From NCBI GenBank assembly GCA_050262535.1, contig JBLNEJ010000042.1, forward strand, positions 1-32,608: a DNA stretch of 32,608 nucleotides, read 5' to 3'. Position 1 is the stretch's first letter, and every line of letters starts with the position of its first letter. Source of the stretch: Clostridia bacterium. GTDB lineage: Bacteria; Bacillota; Bacilli; Brevibacillales; Brevibacillaceae. Under the pieces are notes generated by a model. The model saw only the letters and a list, made by a program, of their open reading frames with translations, was not told where the DNA came from and did not search any database. This document shows positions 24,214 to 32,608 of the stretch, one piece after another. The translations under genes and the position numbers were made by a program.

Positions 24214-25050
24214 TTGCTGAAAAAGACACGATCGTTGGTATGGTTCGTTCTCGGTACAGCAATCGCGCTGATGGTCATGCGGCCATCTGGAACTGCGACG
24301 CTTGGCGCATGGCAGCAGCAGGACAACGTAAGCCTGCAAAAGTTAGCCATCGTGATCGACGATTTCGGCAACAACATGGAGGGAACAGCAGAAATGCTGG
24401 CCCTGCCCATCCCGTTGACCGTCGCCGTCATGCCATTCATGCCCAGCACCAAAAAGGATGCCGAAGCGGCTCATCAGAGGGGACACCAGGTTTTTGTCCA
24501 TCTGCCCATGGAGCCGGTCAAGGGAAAGCACAGCTGGCTTGGACCGGGCGCCATTACTACCGACCTGTCTGATGCAGAAATTCGGAAACGGGTTGAAGCT
24601 GCCATTGACGATGTTCCCCATGCGATTGGCCTTAACAATCATATGGGTTCCAAAGCCACGGCGGACATGCGCGTCATGCGCGTCGTACTGACCGTCTGCC
24701 GCGAGCGGGGACTGATGTTCCTTGACAGCCGCACGACTCCCAAAAGCGTAATACCCGCTTTGGCTCAGGAACTGGGTGTCCCCTTCATGATGAATCGCCT
24801 GTTCTTTGATGATGTGTACACGACAAAGCACATCACGAAACAGATGGAGCTGTTATGCAAGTTCCTGGACAAAAGCGAGGAAAACTACATCGCCATTGGG
24901 CACGTTGGGCCTTCAGGAAAAAAAACAGCGGACGTTTTGCGCCGCTATTTGCCAAAGCTGCGCCAGTCCGCTGAGCTTGTGTTTGCCAGCCAGCTTAGTA
25001 GGAAAAATGATACAGTCCCCCGCACACTTCTTCCTGCTGGTCACCCGTAA
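24214..25050 (+). CDS. Divergent polysaccharide deacetylase (Polysacc_deac_2, YibQ-like)
   Basis: AIVIDDFG, HLPMEP, NNHMGS, FLDSRT, FFDD, IAIGH; N-terminal TM. Confidence 0.9.
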   Translation: MLKKTRSLVWFVLGTAIALMVMRPSGTATLGAWQQQDNVSLQKLAIVIDDFGNNMEGTAEMLALPIPLTVAVMPFMPSTKKDAEAAHQRGHQVFVHLPMEPVKGKHSWLGPGAITTDLSDAEIRKRVEAAIDDVPHAIGLNNHMGSKATADMRVMRVVLTVCRERGLMFLDSRTTPKSVIPALAQELGVPFMMNRLFFDDVYTTKHITKQMELLCKFLDKSEENYIAIGHVGPSGKKTADVLRRYLPKLRQSAELVFASQLSRKNDTVPRTLLPAGHP

Positions 25051-25834
25051 AGCCAGTGAAACGTATCAGAAAAGGACGCTCCTGACGTTTTTGCAGTACG
25101 GTCGTGAGCACGCTTGCGCTTCGCTGTTCTGCCTGCTCTTGCTGCAAGGGGCTGCACAGGCGCAAGCCCCCGCCCGCAAGAGGGAATTCGAGACATTGCG
25201 CCCGCAGCCCCTCATCTACATACATTTCCTTTGGCTGGAAGCCGTACCAGCGCTGCCAAAGCGCCGCTGTTTTTTCAAGGTCATGGACAGCATAGGAGAC
25301 ATCCCGAACACGCAAATCCCCTCGTGGATGAGGCAGCAGCAATCCTCGCTCACGGTTTTCTATCCGTCTGACTTCGTCAGACTGTTCCCACTGAATGAGA
25401 AACGGCATTGGAACCTTGCTTTCGCCACTTTCGGGCAGGAGCATTTTCCAACGCAAAACACTTCCGTCCGGACGTGTTCGCTGTCCGTCAAACGGTCCGG
25501 TAACCCGTACGCCTTGCGATTGCAGATGGCGAGCAGCTTCGTCAATTCGATCTGTTCGCAGAGCAACCGTACCAAAGCCTTCTCCCCGGGGCAAATCCTC
25601 CATGAGCTGCCCGAGAAAACGGTTGTCGTGCGCCAGCGAGCGGCACAAGTCCGCATCCTCCACGCCCAGATACTCGATATAGCTCAGATCGAAGTAGCAC
25701 AAGCTGTTGTACGTGCCAAACCGATCATGCCGACCGCCCGGCACTCCGGCCAGCCCCGCTTGTTGAAGCCGCCTTACCGTTTCTCGCATGTCGCTGTTCA
25801 CATAGTGAACAAGATGGTCAAACTGAAGCTGCAT
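24995..25834 (-). CDS. VOC/glyoxalase-like (Glyoxalase_3) protein
   Basis: FDHLVHYV, GGRH..FGTYNSL..F..YIEYL, G.RTRPDG..LRW, PFLIQW. Start ATG 25834 with GGAGG RBS. Confidence 0.88.
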   Translation of the reverse strand: MQLQFDHLVHYVNSDMRETVRRLQQAGLAGVPGGRHDRFGTYNSLCYFDLSYIEYLGVEDADLCRSLAHDNRFLGQLMEDLPRGEGFGTVALRTDRIDEAARHLQSQGVRVTGPFDGQRTRPDGSVLRWKMLLPESGESKVPMPFLIQWEQSDEVRRIENRERGLLLPHPRGDLRVRDVSYAVHDLEKTAALWQRWYGFQPKEMYVDEGLRAQCLEFPLAGGGLRLCSPLQQEQAEQRSASVLTTVLQKRQERPFLIRFTGFTGDQQEEVCGGLYHFSY

Positions 25835-25862
25835 ATCGTTCCCTCCTGCCCGGAAAAATCGA

Positions 25863-26534
25863 TTAATTCCCCTGCAACCGCTCCCTGGTGTCCACCTCAA
25901 ACCCTTCTAAACGATTGTTTAATGTTTTGCGCCAGCTGGCGGAAAGCTCAGCTACCGACAGCATCCGCTCAATGCCTGCCCGATTGGCTTTGTCATGGTG
26001 CATGATTTGGTTGGCAAATGTGACGCTTACCTGTGCAGGGTGACGGTCCAGCAGCTTGGGAGCATCGTTTTTGGCCACATTCCCCTCCTGCAGCACACGG
26101 AAGTAATACCCGGTGAATCCACTGTTTTGCACCTGCACCGGCAGCTCCGGCACGTTGTAGCGCTTCGCCAGCTTATGGCAGGGCTGGCGCGGCTGTGTCA
26201 CCTGAACCACCGCTTCGCCGATTTGAAAAATATCGCCGATATGAACCTGATCCTCCAGCATGCCCTGCACCGTCAGATTTTCGCCGAACGCCCCGAATGA
26301 TAGCTCGCGTTGCAGCTGCTTTTGCCAATAATCGTAATGCTCGAAGCAATAGACACAGACGGCCTTGTCCACTCCGCCATGGTATTTGAGATCAGCCTGT
26401 CCATCCCCGTTAAAATTCAGCTTGGATAAAAAAAGAGGCCCCTCAACCGGCTGTTTGAAAATGCCGGTTGCCAGTTCCTTCCCCTCGTACGTCATCAGCA
26501 CCGGTTTTCCTACATTTATTGAAATGATCTCCAT
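25863..26534 (-). CDS. MOSC domain protein (YiiM-like) with 3-alpha domain
   Basis: TGIFK, GDGQADLKYHGG.DKAV, GAFGEN, QPRQPCHKL, TGYYFRVL. Confidence 0.92.
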   Translation of the reverse strand: MEIISINVGKPVLMTYEGKELATGIFKQPVEGPLFLSKLNFNGDGQADLKYHGGVDKAVCVYCFEHYDYWQKQLQRELSFGAFGENLTVQGMLEDQVHIGDIFQIGEAVVQVTQPRQPCHKLAKRYNVPELPVQVQNSGFTGYYFRVLQEGNVAKNDAPKLLDRHPAQVSVTFANQIMHHDKANRAGIERMLSVAELSASWRKTLNNRLEGFEVDTRERLQGN

Positions 26535-26569
26535 CGGAACTCCCTCCAAATCAGACAGTTTTTTGCTTC

Positions 26570-26598
26570 AGTATACTGGGAAAACTTGGGGCAGCCAA
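26570..26598 (-). promoter_or_regulatory. sigmaA-like promoter of the MOSC-VOC unit
   Basis: TTGGCT - 17 bp - TATACT. Confidence 0.5.
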
Positions 26599-26619
26599 GC
26601 TGCAGCAGCACTTGGCTAC

Positions 26620-26651
26620 AAAAAAACCTCTCCACGTGTGAAGTGGAGAGG
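26620..26651 (-). terminator. Intrinsic terminator of the ABC-IclR operon
   Basis: cctctccac/gtggagagg stem followed by U7 on the minus strand. Confidence 0.85.
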
Positions 26652-26663
26652 GGAACCGCCCGA

Positions 26664-27398
26664 TTATGCTCTTCCGATTTTCATGGAAATCTCAGCGGCC
26701 GCAGCCTTTACTTTTTCACTCAGCAAGGGCAGCCGATCGTCCGGCACCCGAAAGCTTGGCGCATTGATGAAAACGACAGCCACCACCGTATTTCCGTACC
26801 CGATGATCGGGGAGGCAATTGCAACTGTACCCTCTGTTTTTTCACCATAACTAATCGCATACCCAGCTTTTTTAATCTCAACCAACTGATCAAGGAACGC
26901 TTGTTGCTGATCAGGAGGCAGCTGCTTCCTGACCACCCGCTCCGCGTCAGAATATTTCCAATTTGCCAGAATCGCTTTATTAGGCGCACCGATTGTCAGT
27001 GGTACGCGTGAGCCGAGATTCTCCGCAATGATGACTTTTAACGGGCCGTCTACTTTTTCAATTGGGAATGAATCGTCCCCGGCCGGAATGCTTATAAAGA
27101 TGCTTTCCTCCACCTCGGCGGCAAGCCGTTCCATCACCGGCCTTGCGACATGGCGAAGATCGATTTTGTCATGCAGACGAAATCCGATTTCCATCCATGT
27201 ATAGCCAGCCCGGTATTGCTTCGTGATCGGTTCTTGCGACACCAGCCCATGGGAAATAAGCGTTTCCAAAATGCGATGGAGCGTGCTAATCGGAAGCCCT
27301 GTAGCCGTAGCAAGTTCAGAGATTTGCCAATCCATTTTGTTTTCATCTGAAATGAGAACCTTGACAATTCGCATGGCTCTATCAATCGATTGGATCAT
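26664..27398 (-). CDS. IclR family transcriptional regulator
   Basis: MIQSIDRAMRI; HTH ISELATATGLPISTLHRILETL; C-terminal GYAIS..E...G..AIASPI. Confidence 0.94.
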   Translation of the reverse strand: MIQSIDRAMRIVKVLISDENKMDWQISELATATGLPISTLHRILETLISHGLVSQEPITKQYRAGYTWMEIGFRLHDKIDLRHVARPVMERLAAEVEESIFISIPAGDDSFPIEKVDGPLKVIIAENLGSRVPLTIGAPNKAILANWKYSDAERVVRKQLPPDQQQAFLDQLVEIKKAGYAISYGEKTEGTVAIASPIIGYGNTVVAVVFINAPSFRVPDDRLPLLSEKVKAAAAEISMKIGRA

Positions 27399-27411
27399 TT
27401 GTAAACTCCTA

Positions 27412-28116
27412 TTATTTTACTTTAGCAGCTTTCAATGCTCCACCCTCATTGCTCTTTTTGGACGCGCGTCCTGTCGAAAGCTTATTTTCAATTTTATTCA
27501 CAAAAAACGTAAATAGCAAGATCATTGCGAGATAATATAACCCAACCACAATATAAGTTTCAAGCTGTCTGTAGTTGGAGGCAGCTTCACTTAAGCCTGT
27601 CCCCCACAAATCCTGCATCCCTACATAAGCGACCAGGGAAGAGTCCTTCAACCCGATGATAAACTGGTTGCCAAGCGCCGGAATCGATCGTCTGAAAGCT
27701 TGCGGCAAAACAATGCGCCTCATGGCAAGCGAATACGACATCCCAAGGGATCGGGACGCTTCCATCTGTCCGCGGTCGATGGACTGGATGCCGCCACGGA
27801 AAATTTCCGCAATATACGCACCGTTGTGAACAGCAAGGGCAATCGCTCCTGCCCAAAATTGCGATAACGTGACAACACTGGAAACACCGAAATACAGAAT
27901 GGCGATTTGGACGATTAAAGGGGTACCGCGGATAAGCGTGATATACGTGTGGGCAAAATAGTTCAACGCCTTGGAATCGGAAATGCGGAAGAACGCGATG
28001 ATTAAACCGACGCCGCATCCCAGAAGCAAGGCAACGAGTGTCAATTTGAGCGTGAGAAAGGTTGCCGTGATAAACAGCGGGTAACTCGATAGAAGAATAT
28101 CAATAATCATATTCAA
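27412..28116 (-). CDS. Polar amino acid ABC transporter permease
   Basis: IRGTPLIVQ, AYIAEIFRGGIQSIDRGQMEASRSLG (EAA loop), LKDSSL. Start may be ATG 28110. Confidence 0.95.
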   Translation of the reverse strand: MNMIIDILLSSYPLFITATFLTLKLTLVALLLGCGVGLIIAFFRISDSKALNYFAHTYITLIRGTPLIVQIAILYFGVSSVVTLSQFWAGAIALAVHNGAYIAEIFRGGIQSIDRGQMEASRSLGMSYSLAMRRIVLPQAFRRSIPALGNQFIIGLKDSSLVAYVGMQDLWGTGLSEAASNYRQLETYIVVGLYYLAMILLFTFFVNKIENKLSTGRASKKSNEGGALKAAKVK

Positions 28117-28134
28117 TCACTCCCAGCACGGTAT

Positions 28135-28163
28135 AAAAAAAGGGGCATCGTAAGGACACCCCT
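28135..28163 (-). terminator. Intra-operon hairpin with U-tract between binding-protein and permease genes
   Basis: aggggtgtc-cttac-gatgcccct-tttttt on the minus strand. Confidence 0.6.
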
Positions 28164-28174
28164 ATTAAAACGAA

Positions 28175-28978
28175 TTACTTTTTCCCTAAAATGTTGCGGC
28201 CAAACCATTTTTCGCTGATTTTGTCATAGGTGCCGTCTTTAATAATTTCGTCCAATGCTTTGTTGAGTTTTTCGCGCAGCTCGTTGTCTTCTTTGCGGAC
28301 AGCAATCGCTTGTTCGTCATAGCTCAGCGGCTCGCCAACGTCTTTGATTTTGCCAGCGCCTTCTTTAATGAAACGGAAGCCTACCATCTGATCAGTAATG
28401 ACCGCATCCAGACGGCCTGTCGGCAGGTCAAGCAGTGCCGTAACATCGCTGTCATAGGTAGTGATCTTGTCTGCATCGGTCAGCTTTTTCGCCCAGTCCA
28501 AATAGTTAGAGCCTTTTTGCGCGCCGATTTTCTTTCCTTTTACATCGTCGGCGGATTTGATGTCGGTATTACCCTCCGCCACAAACACCTGCGAACCGGA
28601 ACGATAGTAAGGCTCGGTGAACGCTACGGTTTTCTTCCGTTCTTCTGTGACGGTCAAGCTGCCGATGATTGCGTCGTATTTTTTCGCCAGAAGCCCTTGA
28701 ATGATCGTTTCAAACGGATTGGTAACCGGAACCGGATTCATCCCCATTTTTTCTGCCAGAGCTTGTCCAATCTCAACGTCGAAGCCGGTGAGCTGGCCGT
28801 TTTCCTTGAAGTTAAACGGTTTGTACAAGCCGCTCATTGCGAACGTAAAGTCTTTCTTCCCGGAAGATTGGGCGCTATCGGCAGGCGCTGCATTGTTGGA
28901 ACCACAGGCAGACAGAACGAGTGAACTGAACAATACGGTAGACAACAACGCAACCATCCATTTTGCTTTCTTTTTCAT
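28175..28978 (-). CDS. Amino acid ABC transporter substrate-binding lipoprotein (family 3)
   Basis: Lipobox LSAC; YKPFNF, GFDVEI, YDAII, TEERKK..FTEPYY, DGTYDKISEKWFG. Confidence 0.95.
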   Translation of the reverse strand: MKKKAKWMVALLSTVLFSSLVLSACGSNNAAPADSAQSSGKKDFTFAMSGLYKPFNFKENGQLTGFDVEIGQALAEKMGMNPVPVTNPFETIIQGLLAKKYDAIIGSLTVTEERKKTVAFTEPYYRSGSQVFVAEGNTDIKSADDVKGKKIGAQKGSNYLDWAKKLTDADKITTYDSDVTALLDLPTGRLDAVITDQMVGFRFIKEGAGKIKDVGEPLSYDEQAIAVRKEDNELREKLNKALDEIIKDGTYDKISEKWFGRNILGKK

Positions 28979-29001
28979 AACAGAATCCCCCTCGATTTAT
29001 G

Positions 29002-29736
29002 TTAGAGAATGCTCTTCAAAAACTGTCTGGTCCGTTCATTTTGCGGATTCTCAAAAAACGTGCTCGGCGGACCTTGCTCCAAAATTTGGCCATTGTCCAT
29101 AAACACGGCCCGATCAGCCACTTCGCGGGCAAAGCCCATTTCGTGCGTCACGACGATCATCGTCATGCCTTCCTTAGCCAATTGCTTCATGACCTGCAGC
29201 ACTTCCCCGACCAATTCCGGGTCAAGCGCCGATGTCGGTTCGTCAAACAGCATGATGTTCGGTCTCATGGCCAGCGCTCTCGCGATAGCAACCCTCTGCT
29301 TTTGACCGCCGGATAGCATGTCCGGGTATACATCCGCTTTCTCTTTCATATTCACTTTTGCCAGTAATTCGTAAGCGAGGCTTTTTGCTTCAGCCGGATT
29401 CATCTTCTTGACGTGTATGGGTGCCTCAATGACGTTTTCCAAAACCGTTTTATGCGGGAACAAATTAAAATGCTGAAACACCATTCCAACTTCCGAACGA
29501 TACTGATTGAGATTGGTATTGTGTGGATCAATCTGTTTGCCACCGACCCATATTTCACCCTGGTCGTACATCTCCAGAAAATTCACACAACGCAAGAGTG
29601 TACTTTTTCCAGAGCCGCTCGCACCCAGCAGAACGACGACTTCTTTCTCATGAACCGTCAAATTCACACCTTTGAGTACCGTTAAAGAACCAAACGATTT
29701 GACTAGATTTTTGACCTCAATCATGCTGGTAGTCAT
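29002..29736 (-). CDS. Polar amino acid ABC transporter ATP-binding protein (GlnQ-like)
   Basis: [48 protein letters not shown]. Confidence 0.96.
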   Translation of the reverse strand: MTTSMIEVKNLVKSFGSLTVLKGVNLTVHEKEVVVLLGASGSGKSTLLRCVNFLEMYDQGEIWVGGKQIDPHNTNLNQYRSEVGMVFQHFNLFPHKTVLENVIEAPIHVKKMNPAEAKSLAYELLAKVNMKEKADVYPDMLSGGQKQRVAIARALAMRPNIMLFDEPTSALDPELVGEVLQVMKQLAKEGMTMIVVTHEMGFAREVADRAVFMDNGQILEQGPPSTFFENPQNERTRQFLKSIL

Positions 29737-29772
29737 TCCCCCCTAACACCAATACTGAACCCGATGAAAGTT

Positions 29773-29834
29773 TTTCTGCATACTGGAAACGCTTTCTGTT
29801 TTTATTATATTGATAAATTTCTGATATGCAACAA
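29773..29834 (-). promoter_or_regulatory. sigmaA promoter of the ABC operon with two IclR-like operators
   Basis: TTGCAT (29831-29826) - 16 bp - TATAAT (29809-29804); imperfect palindromes at 29773-29789 and 29818-29834. Confidence 0.65.
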
Positions 29835-30043
29835 AAATTTAACGTGGAAATAATACCCAAAACCCTCGTTGAAATTTCTCTATTTACAATTTGAACAAAT
29901 TTCTGTTAAATATGAATCGTACCGTCTCTCAGTGATTTGCTCCGGCACTGCCGGAATTGCGAACCACAGACGGACAGCTCTTATTGGAAATCAGCAGAAT
30001 CGGCCGAGGTGCCGTCATTTTTTTCTGCTAGTAATGGAAATCG

Positions 30044-30060
30044 TTTTCACGATACGGAAA
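30044..30060. promoter_or_regulatory. Third IclR-like operator upstream of rocB
   Basis: TTTTCACGATACGGAAA, 12/17 identical to the reverse complement of 29773-29789. Confidence 0.55.
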
Positions 30061-30085
30061 AATATAATCAATGAGGTGTAGCGTC

Positions 30086-31711
30086 ATGCCGAAATGGACC
30101 ACAAAAGAGCAATTGGTCGATCTGCTTTGCAATCTGGTTGAAATCCCCAGCGTAACTGGCTCCGCTGCAGAGGTTGCCTTGCCTGCCTATGTTGTGGAAC
30201 AGCTTCAAGCCTTGCCGTACTTTCAGGAGCATCCCGAGCATCTGGCCGCACATCCGACGGGAGATGGGCGTTATTTCGTCACTGCGCTTGTAAAGAAGAG
30301 CGAGGATGTCAAGGATACCGTTATTCTTGTCAGCCATTTTGATGTTGTCGATGTGGAAGACTACGGCAATTGGAAGGAGTTTGCTTTTGATCCGAAACGG
30401 CTGACGCCGATGTTCTACGAGAACAAGGAGGCGATGTCCAGTGACGTGCAAAGCGACCTTGCCAGAAGCAATTGGCTGTTTGGACGCGGCACGATGGATA
30501 TGAAATGCGGTCTTACCCTGCACATGTCGCTGATCGAGCAAGCGTGTGCAGGCGAGTTCGACGGCAATTTGCTGCTTCTCACCGTTCCCGATGAGGAAGT
30601 GAACTCCGTCGGCATGAGAGCGGCGGTCCCTGTCCTGCTGGAATGGGCCAAACAATTTCAGCTCCACTACAAAACCGTGCTCAACTCCGAGCCGATGTTT
30701 ACCCGTTACCCAGGCGACCGCAATTCCTACATCTATAATGGGTCGATCGGCAAGGTCCTGCCCGGCTTCCTCTGTTATGGAAAGGAAACACATGTGGGTG
30801 AACCGCTTGCAGGCTTGAACGGCAACTACATGGCATCCCAGATCACCACAATGATGGAGTTGAACACCGCTTTCTGCGAAACGGTCGAAGGGGAAGTCAC
30901 GCCTCCGCCTACGAACCTGATTTTGAAGAGCTTGAAGAAGGATTACTCTGTTCAAATCCCGCATCGTGCCGTTACCCTTTTTAACCTGTTCCTGTACGAA
31001 TGGAAAATGGATGAGCTGGTCGCCGGGTTGCGCCGGATTGCCAATATGGCAGCCGAGCAGATCAAGGTTTCGTACGCTGCCCATGCCGAGCGTTACGCCC
31101 AGCTGGACCGGTTCACTCCAGGCGAAATCGATGTAAATGTTTATACGTATGAAGAATTGGAAGCATATGCGGTGAAAACGTATGGGATCGAAGAGGTGGA
31201 ACGCATTCGTCAGTCCGTACTGGACAATCGGGGGACTCTGGATGATCGCGGCATTTCCATCAATCTGGTGGACGAACTGGCGATTCGCTGCAAGGAGCTG
31301 TCGCCGATGATCGTGCTGTTCTTTGCTCCGCCGTATTATCCCGCTGTCTGTTCGCGCCACAATGCGCTGATTTCATCGGTCGTACCGAATATGATCGATT
31401 ACGCCGCCGAAAAGCATGGCGTCACGTTGAAGAAGCAGAACTATTTCGGCGGAATCTCCGACTTGAGTTACGTGGGCTTGCAGCATCCGCTCTCGACGCT
31501 TGTTCCATGGACAAGCAATATGCCGCTTTGGAACAGAGGCTATTCACTGCCACTTGAAGAACTGGAGCAATTCGATGTACCCGTTCTGAATCTGGGCCCG
31601 ATCGGTCGCGATGCCCACAAATGGACGGAACGATTGGATACGTCTTTTGCCTTTGAAACGCTGCCTGATTTGCTGCGTGAATGCCTTCGCCAGTTGTTTG
31701 CCGGAAAATAG
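30086..31711 (+). CDS. rocB: M20/M25/M40 metallo-hydrolase, arginine utilisation protein RocB-like
   Basis: SHFDVV, GRGTMDMKCG, PDEEVNS.G, NSEP, GSIGK, ETHVG, FFAPPYYP, GISDLSY, GRDAHKWTERL. Start ATG 30086 with GAGGTG RBS. Confidence 0.9.
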   Translation: MPKWTTKEQLVDLLCNLVEIPSVTGSAAEVALPAYVVEQLQALPYFQEHPEHLAAHPTGDGRYFVTALVKKSEDVKDTVILVSHFDVVDVEDYGNWKEFAFDPKRLTPMFYENKEAMSSDVQSDLARSNWLFGRGTMDMKCGLTLHMSLIEQACAGEFDGNLLLLTVPDEEVNSVGMRAAVPVLLEWAKQFQLHYKTVLNSEPMFTRYPGDRNSYIYNGSIGKVLPGFLCYGKETHVGEPLAGLNGNYMASQITTMMELNTAFCETVEGEVTPPPTNLILKSLKKDYSVQIPHRAVTLFNLFLYEWKMDELVAGLRRIANMAAEQIKVSYAAHAERYAQLDRFTPGEIDVNVYTYEELEAYAVKTYGIEEVERIRQSVLDNRGTLDDRGISINLVDELAIRCKELSPMIVLFFAPPYYPAVCSRHNALISSVVPNMIDYAAEKHGVTLKKQNYFGGISDLSYVGLQHPLSTLVPWTSNMPLWNRGYSLPLEELEQFDVPVLNLGPIGRDAHKWTERLDTSFAFETLPDLLRECLRQLFAGK

Positions 31712-31722
31712 ACGAAAGCAGC

Positions 31723-31745
31723 GGGAGTGGCACCATTCCCTTTTT
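31723..31745 (+). terminator. Intrinsic terminator of rocB
   Basis: gggagtg-gcac-cattccc-ttttt. Confidence 0.65.
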
Positions 31746-31820
31746 ATCGCAGTGGCTCTACTGCTACTCTTGCCCCCATGGTATCGTTCTTCCAGAACCT
31801 ATCAGAGGGGGCGTTTTTCA

Positions 31821-32608
31821 TTGAAGCAACAAGGGTTGGCCTATGCATCGCTTACATTGGCGATGGTCATTGTCGGAAGCTCGGTGGTCGCCGGCAAACT
31901 GCTCGTCGAGACCGTGCCGGTTTTTATCGCGTCCGCACTTCGTTTTGGTATTGCATCCGTCTTGTTTCTCTTGATCTGGTGGATGACAGACAGAGAAAAA
32001 CCCGCTTTTGCGAAAAGCGAGCTTCGGTTGCTGCTGCTTATGTCGTTCACTGGGACCTTTCTGTTTTCCACCTGCATGCTGTTTGGGCTGCAATATACCG
32101 GAGCGACTGAAGCAGGCGTCATGACAAGCACGACCCCCGTGCTGACAGCGCTACTGGCAGCACTGCTTCTGAAGGAACGGTTGGCTTGGCCGATCGTGTT
32201 TGGCGTGCTCGCCGCCTTCATCGGGGTGGCACTGATCCAGACCAGTCAGCCCCCGGTCGGTGTGGCTGGCGGCTCTACGCTTTGGGGCAGCCTGCTGATT
32301 TTTGTTGCCGTGGTAGGGGAAGCGCTGTTTTCCGTCATTGGAAAAGGGCTCACCGCGAAGTACCGCCCTTTTACCATTTCCGCCATGGTTTCCATTCTGG
32401 GCTTTCTGATGTTTGTGCCGCTGGCGGTCCTGCAAATGATTCAATTGGACTTTACGTTGGACCTGCTGACGTTGGCTGACTGGTCCTACCTGGTTTACTA
32501 CGCCCTAGTGGTTACACTGCTCGGCTATTATTTCTGGTATGTGGGAGTCAAGCGAGTGCCTGGCCATGTTTCCGGCCTCTTCACCGCCGTTCTCCCCGTT
32601 TCAGCGGT
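31821..32608 (+). CDS. EamA/DMT family transporter; runs off the window end
   Basis: Not in ORF track. TTG 31821 with GAGGGGG RBS: MKQQGLAYASLTLAMVIVGSSVVAGKLLVETVPVFIASALRFGIA...GLQYTGATEAGVMTSTTP...LLLKERL. Confidence 0.9.
   Translation, partial: MKQQGLAYASLTLAMVIVGSSVVAGKLLVETVPVFIASALRFGIASVLFLLIWWMTDREKPAFAKSELRLLLLMSFTGTFLFSTCMLFGLQYTGATEAGVMTSTTPVLTALLAALLLKERLAWPIVFGVLAAFIGVALIQTSQPPVGVAGGSTLWGSLLIFVAVVGEALFSVIGKGLTAKYRPFTISAMVSILGFLMFVPLAVLQMIQLDFTLDLLTLADWSYLVYYALVVTLLGYYFWYVGVKRVPGHVSGLFTAVLPVSA

Noticed and set aside
24806-26005. 399-aa plus-strand ORF
   Set aside because: Shadow of the VOC/MOSC genes and out of frame with the deacetylase; no recognisable domain.
29942-29961. 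sigma54-like GGCAC...TTGC upstream of rocB
   Set aside because: GG-to-GC spacing is 13 nt rather than the required 10.
30068-31360. 430-aa minus-strand ORF
   Set aside because: Antisense to rocB; no recognisable motifs.

Overview
Chromosomal window from an endospore-forming Bacillales bacterium (gene content suggests Brevibacillus/Paenibacillaceae; inference). It holds about 29 CDSs and no rRNA, tRNA, CRISPR array or intact mobile element. Genes include two chemoreceptors, two EamA/DMT exporters, a DUF4198 + CopC-CopD operon, helD, a class II fumarase/aspartase, a TlpA thioredoxin + Lgt-like pair, an orphan OppA, truncated globin + cupin, trxB, ytaF, a Ca2+ P-type ATPase, a cell-wall cluster (NlpC/P60, OmpR-type two-component system, amidase, His/Cys hypothetical, divergent deacetylase), VOC + MOSC, an IclR-linked amino-acid ABC importer and rocB. 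The most interesting signals are non-coding or unannotated: (1) face-to-face sigmaA promoters upstream of helD, the antisense one giving a ~135-nt terminated RNA; (2) a 16/19 Fur box in front of the DUF4198/CopC-CopD operon; (3) an Fnr/Crp box centred at about -41.5 of the globin-cupin promoter; (4) an ABC-exporter gene remnant missed by the ORF track; (5) a possible forespore peptidoglycan-modifying trio; (6) three IclR-type operators linking the ABC importer and rocB. All motif calls were made by eye; no database searches were run.
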